24,000 nt of DNA from Methanobrevibacter cuticularis (GCF_001639285.1 NZ_LWMW01000117.1:58203-82202); one strand, 5' to 3'; shown: positions 8,487 to 18,026, numbered from the stretch's first letter. The notes: a model not told the origin generated them from the letters alone. Made by a program: numbers and translations.

Positions 8487-10082
8487 ATGTCTTTTATAGA
8501 GCTTAAAAATATTAATAAAACATTCAATGGAGTAATCGTTCTTAAAGATATAAATGTTGAAATTGATGAAGGGAGTGTTCTTGGAATTCTTGGTAGAAGT
8601 GGGGCTGGAAAATCTGTTTTAATAAATATGCTTCGTGGAACCAAAGAATATCGCCCAGATAGTGGCCAAATACTTTTCAATGTAGCTATTTGTCCAGAAT
8701 GTTTAAGAGTGGAACCTCCTTCTAAAATAGGGGAACTTTGTGGATGTGGATGTGCTTTTGAAGGCAAAGTTATTGATTTTTGGAATATTAAAACCGATAG
8801 AAAAGAATTTTCAAGTATTCGTAAAAGAATAGCTATAATGTTGCAAAGAAATTTTGCATTGTATGAACGTGAAAGTGTAATTGAAAATATTTTAAGAGCT
8901 ATGGGTGAGGGAGAATATGAAGAAAACCTCTACAAAGCATTAGATTTGCTAGAAACAGTTCAAATGAGTCATAGGATAACCCATGTAGCTCGTGATTTAA
9001 GTGGTGGAGAAAAACAGCGTGTTGTTCTTGCAAGGCAAATAGCTAAAGACCCTATGTTGTTCCTAGCAGATGAACCAACTGGAACTTTAGATCCTCAAAC
9101 TGCAGAATATCTTCATCAAACATTAATAAGTAGTGTTAAAAATCAAGGAATAACAATGGTCATAACTTCGCACTGGCCAGAAGTAATGAAACAATTAGCA
9201 GACCAAGTTATATGGTTGGAAAAAGGAGAAATTGTAGAAAAAGGAGATTCTGATGAAATTGTTGAAAATTTTTTAGCAACTGTTCCATTACCAAAAAAAG
9301 TAACTGAGCATGAATATGGAGGACCAATAGTTAAAATAGAAGATATTAAAAAACATTACTATTCTATCGATCGTGGAGTTATTAAAGCTGTTGATGGTGT
9401 TGATTTAACTATAAAGCAGAAAGAAATATTTGGAATTGTAGGACTCAGTGGATCTGGAAAAACTACATTATCTAGAATGTTAATCGGATTGACTGATCCA
9501 AGTAGTGGAAAAATAGAAGTTAAACTTGGAGATGACTGGATAGATATGAGAGAAAAAGGACCTCTTAGTAGAGGGCGTGTAATACCTTATATTGGTTTAC
9601 TCCATCAAGAGTATTCTTTGTATCCTCATAGAACTGTTTTAGGGAATTTGACAGATGCAATCAGTTTAGATCTTCCTGCAGAATTTGCTAAAATGAAGGC
9701 TATCCATACTTTAAATGCAGTTGGTTTTGACAATGAATATGCAGCGACAATACTAAATAAAGCACCTGATGAATTAAGTGGTGGTGAAAGACATAGGGTA
9801 GCTATTGCCCAAGTACTTATTAAAGAACCTACTATTGTCATCTTAGATGAACCAACTGGGACTATGGATCCTATAACTAGGGTACAAGTTACTGATTCTA
9901 TATTAAAGGCTAGAGAAGAGTTAGGAGAAACTTTTCTTATTATTTCTCATGACATGGATTTCGTTATTGATGTTTGTGATAGGACTGCATTAATGAGAGG
10001 AGGAAAAATCCTAAAAATAGGAGAACCAGGAGAGATCGTGAAAGAATTAACTCCTGATGAAAAGAAAAAGATGCTAGACTAG
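8487..10082 (+). CDS. atwA: Methyl-coenzyme M reductase system component A2 (double ABC ATPase)
   Basis: 531-aa ORF with two ABC nucleotide-binding domains and no TM domain. Motifs are Walker A GRSGAGKS and GLSGSGKT, signatures LSGGEKQR and LSGGERHR, and Walker B LFLADEPT and IVILDEPT. The size and the Cys-rich insert in domain 1 fit the methanogen A2 family. SD is AAAGGTGAGGG. Confidence 0.85.
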   Translation: MSFIELKNINKTFNGVIVLKDINVEIDEGSVLGILGRSGAGKSVLINMLRGTKEYRPDSGQILFNVAICPECLRVEPPSKIGELCGCGCAFEGKVIDFWNIKTDRKEFSSIRKRIAIMLQRNFALYERESVIENILRAMGEGEYEENLYKALDLLETVQMSHRITHVARDLSGGEKQRVVLARQIAKDPMLFLADEPTGTLDPQTAEYLHQTLISSVKNQGITMVITSHWPEVMKQLADQVIWLEKGEIVEKGDSDEIVENFLATVPLPKKVTEHEYGGPIVKIEDIKKHYYSIDRGVIKAVDGVDLTIKQKEIFGIVGLSGSGKTTLSRMLIGLTDPSSGKIEVKLGDDWIDMREKGPLSRGRVIPYIGLLHQEYSLYPHRTVLGNLTDAISLDLPAEFAKMKAIHTLNAVGFDNEYAATILNKAPDELSGGERHRVAIAQVLIKEPTIVILDEPTGTMDPITRVQVTDSILKAREELGETFLIISHDMDFVIDVCDRTALMRGGKILKIGEPGEIVKELTPDEKKKMLD

Positions 10083-10252
10083 TTTAAACTACTTGTTTCC
10101 TAGGAAATTTAACTTAATATGACTAGTTTTTTCATCCTAGCAATCATTTTCATTCATTGCCTTAAAGTTTTATCTATCAGCTTTAAAATGTTAAAATTAA
10201 GATTAAAAAAGATATAATTAGCTAATATTTTTTTAATACTCTTACTAAAACT

Positions 10253-10559
10253 TATTTTTTATAAAATTTTATATTAGAAAAATATATACTATAATGTAAT
10301 TAGAATTAATAGCATTATTAAATATTATTTTCTTTATAAAATTTTATATTAGAAAAATATTATAGTATAAAATAATTAGAATTAATAGCATTATTAAAAA
10401 TTATTTTTTATAAAAATATTATATTAGAAAATGATTGCGATTAATTATTAATATTAAAAATTATTTTTTATAAGATTTTATATTAGAAAATGGTTATATT
10501 AGAAAATGATTAAGACTAATATTAAAAATTATTTTTTATAAGATTTTATATTAGAAAAA
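10253..10559. repeat. Five degenerate 60-75-bp tandem units sharing a ~30-bp core (ttattttttataaRattttatattagaaaa) upstream of the Cys-rich protein gene
   Basis: Core copies start at about 10253, 10326, 10401, 10461 and 10529. The sequences between cores are also related to each other in pairs. Confidence 0.85.
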
Positions 10560-10700
10560 TATTATATTATAAGCTATCATATTATAAGAATGTGTAAATA
10601 CATATATATTATAGTACTACTTAAATAACCTTAAATAAATTCCACAATATTAAATTTATTTACTAATTAAATTATACTAATTATTATCGGAGGATTGTTA

Positions 10701-11183
10701 ATGGTATGGGATGATGCACCATCACACGTTTGTAGAGGGGGAGATAGTAGGGCATTGGCATTTTGTTGTCCGCCAGTCAAGCCATGTCCAGTATTACATG
10801 CTCTTGAGGATGTAAATCTTAGCCCTCAAAGTTACATGGATATTAAAGACGAGTTTTCTAAGAAAACTAGACTTGGTGAAGGCCCTAGGACTTGTTTTGG
10901 ATCATTAGTTTGGTGTTGTAAACCATCAAAACCTTGTCCACTAAGAGACATGGTCTTAAAAAGTATAGACATGAGTATAGATGAATATTTAGATTTGAAA
11001 AAAGAGCTATCAGAAAGATTAGTAGGAACAACTAAAGATAATAGTGAAGAAAATATTAATGCTCTTACAAATAACTTTTCGATTACTAAAAATGAAGCAA
11101 TCAAAATACTTCATGACTGTGATAATGATTTGAGAATGGCTGTAAAATTACTTAGAATGAAAACATTGGAGAATTCTGAATAG
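10701..11183 (+). CDS. Small Cys-rich protein with an internal duplication (CC-x-P-x-KPCP modules) and a UBA-like C-terminal helix bundle; possibly the methanogenesis marker protein 9 family
   Basis: The ORF is open from TTG 10695; ATG 10701 lies 6 nt after the GGAGGA SD. Two homologous modules are visible: [35 protein letters not shown] and [36 protein letters not shown]. The family name is from memory and unverified. Confidence 0.6.
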   Translation: MVWDDAPSHVCRGGDSRALAFCCPPVKPCPVLHALEDVNLSPQSYMDIKDEFSKKTRLGEGPRTCFGSLVWCCKPSKPCPLRDMVLKSIDMSIDEYLDLKKELSERLVGTTKDNSEENINALTNNFSITKNEAIKILHDCDNDLRMAVKLLRMKTLENSE

Positions 11184-11392
11184 AATTTCAATAATTGATT
11201 CATGATATTTGTTAATCTTTCTTATTTTACTTTAAATGTCCTTCTATTTTTATTTTATCTCAACTTGATAATTTAACATAATAATTAAACTTACTAATTA
11301 AAAATAGTGATTGAATTTACCAATTAAAGCAACAGAGTAAATTCACTAATTAAATTAAATAAATAATGAAAATAAAAACTAAGAGGGATGTT

Positions 11393-12265
11393 ATGGGTTG
11401 GACTTCACTTTTTTTAAATATGGACAAAAAAAAAGTCTTTATTATTGGGACCGGAGAAGTTGCAAGCCGTAGAGCAAACAGATTTCTTGAAAAAGGTGCA
11501 GAAGTAATTTTGGCTGGAAATTCAATACCACGTGGATTAGAGGAAAAAGGAGCCATACTAAAATCAACCAAATCTCATAAAAACCTTAAAAAATGGGTTC
11601 AATGGGCAGATATCGTTGTTATAGCAAGTGGAAATGAGGAGTTAAATAATTATATATCTTCTATTTGTGATGGAAAACTTTTAAATAGGGCTGATTATCC
11701 TGAAAATGGAAATTTAATAGTTCCAACTAGTTTTAGTATTGAAGATGTTGAAATATCAATTTTTACAAATGGAAAGAGTCCTTTAATGGCTAGGGAAATT
11801 AGAAAAAAAATTCAAAATATAATAACCTCTGAGGATTTACTTCAAATTGAACTTCAGGATTATGCTAGAAATATTCTAAAAGCAAAAATTAAAGATCAAA
11901 AAGAAAGAAAAAAGTATTTATATGCAATTCTTGAAGATACAAAAATAAATGATCTTTTAAAAGAGAAGAAAATAGAAGAAGCTAAGGTTTATGCTGAAGA
12001 TTTGATAAAAAATGAAGAAGCTAAGGTTTATGCTGAAGATTTGATAAAAAATGAAGAAGCTAAGGTTTATGCTGAAGATTTGATAAAAAATGAAGAAGCT
12101 AAGGTTTATGCTGAAGATTTGATAAAAAATGAAGAAGCTAAGGTTTATGCTGAAGATTTGATAAAAAATGAAGAAGCTAAGGTTTATGCTGAAGATTTGA
12201 TAAAAAATGAAGAAAATAATGTTCATGATGGAGAATTACTAAAAAAGGAAAAAAGGGAGGAATAG
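11393..12265 (+). CDS. sirC: Precorrin-2 dehydrogenase (siroheme synthase N-terminal domain family) with a C-terminal tandem-repeat tail
   Basis: SLFLNMDKKKVFIIGTGEVASRRANRFLEKGAEVILAG is the CysG-N/SirC Rossmann start. The gene ends 3 nt before hemA. An AGAGGG SD precedes ATG 11393; the ORF is also open from ATG 11366. The C-terminus carries (EEAKVYAEDLIKN) x6. Confidence 0.8.
   Translation: MGWTSLFLNMDKKKVFIIGTGEVASRRANRFLEKGAEVILAGNSIPRGLEEKGAILKSTKSHKNLKKWVQWADIVVIASGNEELNNYISSICDGKLLNRADYPENGNLIVPTSFSIEDVEISIFTNGKSPLMAREIRKKIQNIITSEDLLQIELQDYARNILKAKIKDQKERKKYLYAILEDTKINDLLKEKKIEEAKVYAEDLIKNEEAKVYAEDLIKNEEAKVYAEDLIKNEEAKVYAEDLIKNEEAKVYAEDLIKNEEAKVYAEDLIKNEENNVHDGELLKKEKREE
11975..12214 (+). 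repeat. 39-bp perfect in-frame tandem repeat x6 (plus 6 nt) inside sirC
   Basis: The unit gaagaagctaaggtttatgctgaagatttgataaaaaat starts at 11975, 12014, 12053, 12092, 12131 and 12170, and all six copies are identical. It encodes EEAKVYAEDLIKN. Confidence 0.97.
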
Positions 12266-12268
12266 CTA

Positions 12269-13474
12269 TTGATAATCAATATTAGGGTAGATCATAAAAT
12301 TGCAGATATAGAAACAATGGAAAACATGGGCAATGATCTACAAAAGCTATTCAATCAATTCAAAGAAGAATTTAACATTCGTGAATATATTGAGATAAAT
12401 ACATGCAACAGAAAAGAATATTATTTTCACACTGATTCGTGTAGTTATGAATATAAACTTTTAAATTCTCGTCATGGTAACTTAATTATTGAATATGGGG
12501 ATAAAGCTGTAATCCATCTTTTTAGAATGACTTCTGGATTAGAATCAATGATAATTGGGGAAGACCAAATACTCGGCCAAATCAAGCAAGCTAAAAAAAC
12601 AAGCATTAAAGAATCACATTGTGGCAAAGTTTTAGATATATTATTTACAAAAGCTGTTCATGTGGGTCAAGTTGTAAGGCAAAAGACTAAGATAAACCGA
12701 GGTTCAGTTTCAATTGGTTCTGCTGCTGTTGATCTAGCTGAAAAAAACTTAGATGATCTTCAAGGGAAACAAGTTTTAGTTATTGGGGCTGGAAAAATGG
12801 GAAAGTTAGTGGCTAAAGCCTTAGCTGAAAAAGAACTGAAAGCAATTTTTGTTGCAAATCGAACATACTACCGGGCAGTTCAATTAGCTGAAGAATTAAA
12901 TGGAAAAGCAATATTTCTTGATAACCTAAGCCAATATTTACCTACTGCAGATGTTATAATAAGTGCCACTGGAGCACCACATATCATTTTAAACAAAGAA
13001 AGAATTGAAAATTCCATTTCTACTAAAAAAATAAAAACTTCTGTTATCATAGATATAGCTAACCCTAGAGACATTGATGAAGATGTAAAAGAGCTTGGAT
13101 TTAAATTATTTAATATTGATGACTTAAGAGGAATAGCTGATGAAAATAAAAAATTAAGAGAGAATGAAGTAAAAGAGGCAGAAAAAATAATAGACTTAGA
13201 ATTTAATTTGCTTGAACAATCATTTAAATTGATGGAAATTGAAGGACTCATGAAAGATATCCGAATTTTCATGGAAGGTATTCGAGAAACGGAAACTCAA
13301 AAAGCCATCATGAAACTTGTAGATGTAGAAGGCAGTACCAAAATACTTGATAATATGTCAAAAGCCATCGTAAATAAAATATTCCATAATATTTCATTAA
13401 ACATTAAAAAAGCTATTGAAGAAGAAGATTACGAATTAATTGAAGCTATTAAATGCATTTTTAAAGATAAATAA
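12269..13474 (+). CDS. hemA: Glutamyl-tRNA reductase
   Basis: 401-aa ORF. TTG start lies 8 nt after the GGGAGG SD. It has the active-site motif NTCNRKEYYF, plus GLESMIIGEDQILGQ and the NADPH Rossmann VLVIGAGKMGKLVAKAL. Confidence 0.92.
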   Translation: MIINIRVDHKIADIETMENMGNDLQKLFNQFKEEFNIREYIEINTCNRKEYYFHTDSCSYEYKLLNSRHGNLIIEYGDKAVIHLFRMTSGLESMIIGEDQILGQIKQAKKTSIKESHCGKVLDILFTKAVHVGQVVRQKTKINRGSVSIGSAAVDLAEKNLDDLQGKQVLVIGAGKMGKLVAKALAEKELKAIFVANRTYYRAVQLAEELNGKAIFLDNLSQYLPTADVIISATGAPHIILNKERIENSISTKKIKTSVIIDIANPRDIDEDVKELGFKLFNIDDLRGIADENKKLRENEVKEAEKIIDLEFNLLEQSFKLMEIEGLMKDIRIFMEGIRETETQKAIMKLVDVEGSTKILDNMSKAIVNKIFHNISLNIKKAIEEEDYELIEAIKCIFKDK

Positions 13475-13745
13475 TATATTGAATAAAAAATAATGATTTA
13501 AATAAGTGATTTATTTTTAAAATAAAAAATAACTTAAAATACATAAAATGATGCCTAACTTATCAACAGCATTATACAACAATGAAAATATTATATATCA
13601 TTCATTATAGTTTAAATTTCTATTTATCTTGTATATTTGAATAATAGCTAAAAATAGGATTATTAAATTCCATTCACAAGATGTATAATGAAAACATTGG
13701 GTTATATTTTCTATTAGATTATTTTTAATAAGTTTTTGTAGTTTT

Positions 13746-15020
13746 TTACAGTGAAGGTTCCAACCTTTTTATCATTAATCCCATAAATATTACAATCATT
13801 GGAAAGAAGAATATATAAATGATTAAAATAACATTAGGTGGTATAATGTCTCCTATGATACTAGAAGCTGCCATTAACATTATTAAAAATATCACAGGTC
13901 CTAAAATAGCTAAAAATGTGTATATAAGTATAAAAGCATTTAATTTTTGAGAATAATCCTTTAATTTAAGTTGTAAATCATAAGAAATATCTTCAGCTAT
14001 TATATTGAGTGTATTTGCTAAATTTCCTCCTGTTTTAAGCGTTCCTATAATTTGTTGTATGGATCTATTTAATCCTTCTGATGAAACTCTATTTGATAGA
14101 TTCAACAAAGCTTTTTCTGTGCTTTCTCCATACTTAATTTCTTCAAGAACTCTTGAAAATTCAATTGATAAATATCCGTAATTAGAATTGGCTATTGAAC
14201 TTAAAGTATCATATAATCCTTTTCCAGATCTAAGTTCTGTGACCATTTGTCTTAGGGCATATGGAAGTTCTTTTGATATCTCTGAATTATTCTTCTCATT
14301 TTTCATTTTAGGAAGATAAAATATTGAAAATCCAACCATTAAAAATAATAAGATAATAACTATTGCAATTTCTAATCCAAAGAAAATATAACCAATTAAT
14401 GCAAAAATAGCTAAAATAATGAATGTTAGAGGAGTAGCTAATTTTATATTAATAATTTCATCAATATTATCATTCAAAATTTTATTCAGGTAATGCTTTT
14501 GAAAAGATTTATCTGTGTCTATAGATACTTTATTATGGGAACTACTTTTATTTTGTAGTTGTTTAAATATAAATACTTCATTATTTTCTTTATTCTCAAT
14601 AAATAAACTATTTTTTATTTCATAAAATAACATTTTAATATAATTTTCCTTTTTATTATCTGAATTATCCTTTTCATTATTAACTACATTAGACTTATTA
14701 TTAGGTATATTTAATTTATTATTAACTACATTAGACTTATTATTAAGTATATTTAATTTATTATTAACTACATTAGACTTATTATTAGATATATTTAATT
14801 TATCATTAATTACATCAGATTTATTATTAAGTATATTTAATTTATTATTAACTACATTAGATTTATTATTAAGTATATTTTTTTCATTGTTAACTACATC
14901 ATGCTCATTAGTAAATATATTAGAAAATAATATTATTATTTTGAAAAATATATTCCCTAAGAATAAAAATAACTTATTTAATGTAATAAGAAACTTTTTA
15001 AGAATAATATCAAACCCCAT
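13746..15020 (-). CDS. Type II secretion system F-domain membrane protein (TadC/FlaJ-like pilus platform) with an Asn-rich repeat N-terminus
   Basis: 424-aa ORF. The C-terminal ~250 aa have TM helices flanking a T2SSF-like cytoplasmic domain (LPYALRQMVTELRSGKGLYDTLSSIA ... GGNLANTLNIIAEDI). It lies 82 nt downstream of the secretion ATPase on the same strand. Confidence 0.75.
   Translation of the reverse strand: MGFDIILKKFLITLNKLFLFLGNIFFKIIILFSNIFTNEHDVVNNEKNILNNKSNVVNNKLNILNNKSDVINDKLNISNNKSNVVNNKLNILNNKSNVVNNKLNIPNNKSNVVNNEKDNSDNKKENYIKMLFYEIKNSLFIENKENNEVFIFKQLQNKSSSHNKVSIDTDKSFQKHYLNKILNDNIDEIINIKLATPLTFIILAIFALIGYIFFGLEIAIVIILLFLMVGFSIFYLPKMKNEKNNSEISKELPYALRQMVTELRSGKGLYDTLSSIANSNYGYLSIEFSRVLEEIKYGESTEKALLNLSNRVSSEGLNRSIQQIIGTLKTGGNLANTLNIIAEDISYDLQLKLKDYSQKLNAFILIYTFLAILGPVIFLIMLMAASSIIGDIIPPNVILIIYIFFFPMIVIFMGLMIKRLEPSL
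14676..14885 (-). repeat. 42-bp imperfect in-frame tandem repeat x~5 inside the pilus-platform gene
   Basis: The plus-strand unit attattaactacattagacttattattaagtatatttaattt starts at 14676, 14718, 14760, 14802 and 14844. It encodes NNKSNVVNNKLNIL-type 14-aa units. Confidence 0.9.
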
Positions 15021-15102
15021 TAGATATTGTCTATGTTTTGCCGAACTTAACTTTCTAATTTTCTAATATTCTAATATTTTTTAAAAATAGCTCTAAAAAT
15101 AG

Positions 15103-16560
15103 CTATTGTTTAAGATTTAAAATATCATTCATCGCATCTTTTGGATCAATATAGTAATTTTCAATTGCATTTCCAACATCTTCAATATTTCTAATGTTGT
15201 TATCAACTAAAAGTTCTAAAAATCTTTTTCGTTTAGCTATTTCTCCTTCTAAACTTTTAACTGGAATTCCTCTTATATTAGCTATTGATCTCAATGTATT
15301 ACTTGAAATACCTACATTTTCTATATTATCATTCTCACCATTCCATTTAAAAATCTTATTTAGCTGTATAGTTCCTTCTTCCATTCCTACGACTTCATCT
15401 ACTTCTATAATTCGCCTAACTGAAACTCCATCAGATCTATATATTCTATTTTGCATGATAATAAAATCAATAGCTGAAATCATGACTTTAGGAACGTTCA
15501 TTGGAGAATTGGTTAATCGAGTTATTGTTTCTCTTGAATTGTTGGAATGAAGGGTTCCAAAACCAGAATGTCCTGTGTTCAATGCTGTAAATAATGTTAC
15601 AGCTTCTTTTCCCCTTACTTCACCTACTATTACTCTGTCTGGCCTTTGCCTTAAGGAATTTTTAACTAAATCATCCATATTTAGTTCTCCTTTATTTTCA
15701 ATGTTTCCGGGCCTTGTCTCCATCCTAACTATGTGTTTATGGGGGATTTGTAGTTCTAATGTATCTTCAATTGTTATTATTCTCTCTCGAGGATTTATAA
15801 ATGCTGCCAATGCATTCAGTGTTGTTGTTTTTCCTGAACTTGTTCCTCCCGAAATAATTGCATTTGCAGGTTTTACTCCTAGGCCATCTACACATAGCCA
15901 AAAAAATGCAGCAAGATCACAATTTAGAGTATTTGAATTTATTAAGTCAATAATGGTTAATGGATCTTTTTTAAATTTTCTTATTGTCATTGAAGGTCCA
16001 TCTGCTGAAATTGGAGAAATAGTGGCATTTACTCTTGAACCATCTTCTAGTCTTCCATCTAAAATTGGAGATTCCTGATCTATCCTTCGATTGATTTGAC
16101 GAGCTACTGAATCAATGATAGAAGTAATCTCTTCCTCTTTCTGGAAGATTAAATTTGATTCCATCATACCATTTTCTCTATGATAGACAAAAACAGGTTT
16201 ATTTATCCCAATTATCATTATCTCTTCAAGGTTGTCATCTTTTATCAGAGAATCAATTTCCCCATACCCTATGATATATTGAAAAAAGGTACTGGCTAAA
16301 TTATCTATATAGGTGTCAATATCTAAATTTTCATTATTTTTTTCCAGATTATTTTGAATTTTAGGCATTTTAATTTTCAAATAATTCTTAATATCATTTA
16401 TTATAGCTATTTCATCAAAATTAAAATCATTTCCTGAAGAAATAGCTAAATCCACTAAATTGGATCTTAGTTCCTTTAATAAGTTTTTTTCTTCATTTGA
16501 AAATTTAGGTTTCATTAATTTATATTTAGGAATAATATTCCCTTTATTTTTCGAATACAT
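15103..16560 (-). CDS. Type II/IV secretion system ATPase (FlaI/TadA/VirB11 family)
   Basis: 485-aa ORF with Walker [15 protein letters not shown], Asp box ITIEDTLEL, Walker [13 protein letters not shown] and His box [12 protein letters not shown]. Confidence 0.88.
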   Translation of the reverse strand: MYSKNKGNIIPKYKLMKPKFSNEEKNLLKELRSNLVDLAISSGNDFNFDEIAIINDIKNYLKIKMPKIQNNLEKNNENLDIDTYIDNLASTFFQYIIGYGEIDSLIKDDNLEEIMIIGINKPVFVYHRENGMMESNLIFQKEEEITSIIDSVARQINRRIDQESPILDGRLEDGSRVNATISPISADGPSMTIRKFKKDPLTIIDLINSNTLNCDLAAFFWLCVDGLGVKPANAIISGGTSSGKTTTLNALAAFINPRERIITIEDTLELQIPHKHIVRMETRPGNIENKGELNMDDLVKNSLRQRPDRVIVGEVRGKEAVTLFTALNTGHSGFGTLHSNNSRETITRLTNSPMNVPKVMISAIDFIIMQNRIYRSDGVSVRRIIEVDEVVGMEEGTIQLNKIFKWNGENDNIENVGISSNTLRSIANIRGIPVKSLEGEIAKRKRFLELLVDNNIRNIEDVGNAIENYYIDPKDAMNDILNLKQ

Positions 16561-16707
16561 ATTTTAAACATCCTTTTAGTATTAATATTATTTTGTCATT
16601 ATTATCATTAATATTAATAATATATTATTTATTAATAATATCATAATACTATTTATACTTTTATTAATAAAGTAAGATATAAATCTATTAGAATCATAAA
16701 TAAAATT

Positions 16708-17766
16708 ATGGAACTAAAATGTTCATGTAATAATAATTGCATTATACATTCAAAAGATATTGAAAAAAGGATAAAAGATGCAGCACCTTGTTCTAAATGT
16801 GTAATCATAACCTTAAAAAAGTTCAAACAGCTATCTGATCAGATATGTGTTTCAGCAATTAATAATGAATTTGGAAGATGTGTTTGTGGTAAAAGATCTA
16901 TTGATATAACAATGGCTCATATTTTAAAGATTATGGTTGATGAAGGAATAGATCCCAAATCTTTCAATTTAAGAAATGGAGCTATTCCGTTATCCACTCC
17001 TCTTGAATCAGAACAAAATCCTCAGCTCACTGAGAATTCACTGATTATACTACATCCTGACTTCAATGAAAAAATTGCTAAGAGAATTATGGATGAAGTT
17101 AAAGAGGTTAAAGGAGTGTTAAAAGGGAATTCCAAAGATATTGTGGGAATAATTGATATTGGTGATGAATGTAGTAGCTATGAATTATTGGCAGGTTGTG
17201 ATTTCCGATGTGATATTATAAAAACACCCCTTGGTGCTATAGCTATAAACAAAAAGCAGCATGCTGTTCATCTGGAGTTTTCAGCATCAACTGAAAATAA
17301 GATACTCAAAATAGACAATTATTTTAAAACTGAACATCTTAACAAAGAAGATCTCCCTAATTTAACACTTATTGATGCAACTTGTGGTTGTGGAGCTTTA
17401 GGTATATATTCTCTCAATTATGGTTTTGGCAATGTTACTTTTAATGATATAAACAGGGCAGCCACTGAAATAACTGCAATAAATCTTGAAGCTAATGGAT
17501 ATGAAGTTGATTATATTTTAAAAGATAATGGACAGAGTTTAAAAGAGAATGGACACAGTGAAAATAACCTAATAGCTAAAGGAGAAACCTTTGAAGTCTA
17601 TAATTCGTCTATTGAAGAATTATCTGAAAAACTGTCCGGATTTGATAAAAACAGTGAAAATAATGCAAAATTTGATTACTGTATACTAGATAGTTTTCCT
17701 CAAGTAGACAATGAATATTTTAGAGAAATAGCTGAAAAAATAGCTAAAAACATCATAATTATTTAA
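16708..17766 (+). CDS. Cys-rich N-terminal domain fused to a class I SAM-dependent methyltransferase (RNA/N-methylase-like)
   Basis: 352-aa ORF. The N-terminal ~65 aa contain 9 Cys (CSCNNNC ... CSKC ... C ... CVC). The C-terminal half has MTase motif I LIDATCGCGALGIYS, post-I FNDIN and a motif IV-like ILDSFP. The specific substrate cannot be assigned. Confidence 0.6.
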   Translation: MELKCSCNNNCIIHSKDIEKRIKDAAPCSKCVIITLKKFKQLSDQICVSAINNEFGRCVCGKRSIDITMAHILKIMVDEGIDPKSFNLRNGAIPLSTPLESEQNPQLTENSLIILHPDFNEKIAKRIMDEVKEVKGVLKGNSKDIVGIIDIGDECSSYELLAGCDFRCDIIKTPLGAIAINKKQHAVHLEFSASTENKILKIDNYFKTEHLNKEDLPNLTLIDATCGCGALGIYSLNYGFGNVTFNDINRAATEITAINLEANGYEVDYILKDNGQSLKENGHSENNLIAKGETFEVYNSSIEELSEKLSGFDKNSENNAKFDYCILDSFPQVDNEYFREIAEKIAKNIIII

Positions 17767-17780
17767 TTGATTTATCTGTT

Positions 17781-18026
17781 ATCTTTCTTATATCTATTTT
17801 TTATTTTTTTATTAGTTGGTTATCTATTTTTTTATTTTTTATTAGTTGGTTATCTATTTTTTTATTTTTTATTAGTTAGTTATCTATTTTTTTTTATTTT
17901 TATTAGTTAGTTATCTATTTTTTTTTATTTTTATTAGTTGGTTATCTATTTTTTTATTTTTTATTAGTTGGTTATCTATTTTTTTTTATTTTTATTAGTT
18001 AGTTATCTATTTTTTTCTTATTTTTA
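17781..18026. repeat. 30/31-bp tandem repeat, 7 good copies plus a degenerate leading copy, each with long T tracts; lies between convergent genes
   Basis: Units attagtt(g/a)gttatcta-T7-9-a-T5-6 start at 17811, 17841, 17871, 17902, 17933, 17963 and 17994. A degenerate copy lies at 17781-17810. Confidence 0.93.

Noticed and set aside
10253-10559. CRISPR-like layout (about 30-bp cores separated by 29-43-bp segments)
   Set aside because: The cores are imperfect, the spacers are homologous to each other in pairs (for example aattagaattaatagcattattaaa occurs twice), everything is extremely AT-rich, and no cas genes are present. It is a degenerate tandem duplication, not a repeat-spacer array.
11957-12226. 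89-aa minus-strand ORF made of repeated FFIFYQIFSINLS units
   Set aside because: It is the antisense reading of the 39-bp sirC repeat. The sense frame continues a recognisable Rossmann-fold enzyme, so the antisense ORF is a by-product of the repeat.
17781-18026. Possible CRISPR or minisatellite-encoded peptide
   Set aside because: Units are directly abutting with no unique spacers. No reading frame with a start and SD runs through it. Oligo-T content fits a non-coding terminator or insulator-type repeat.
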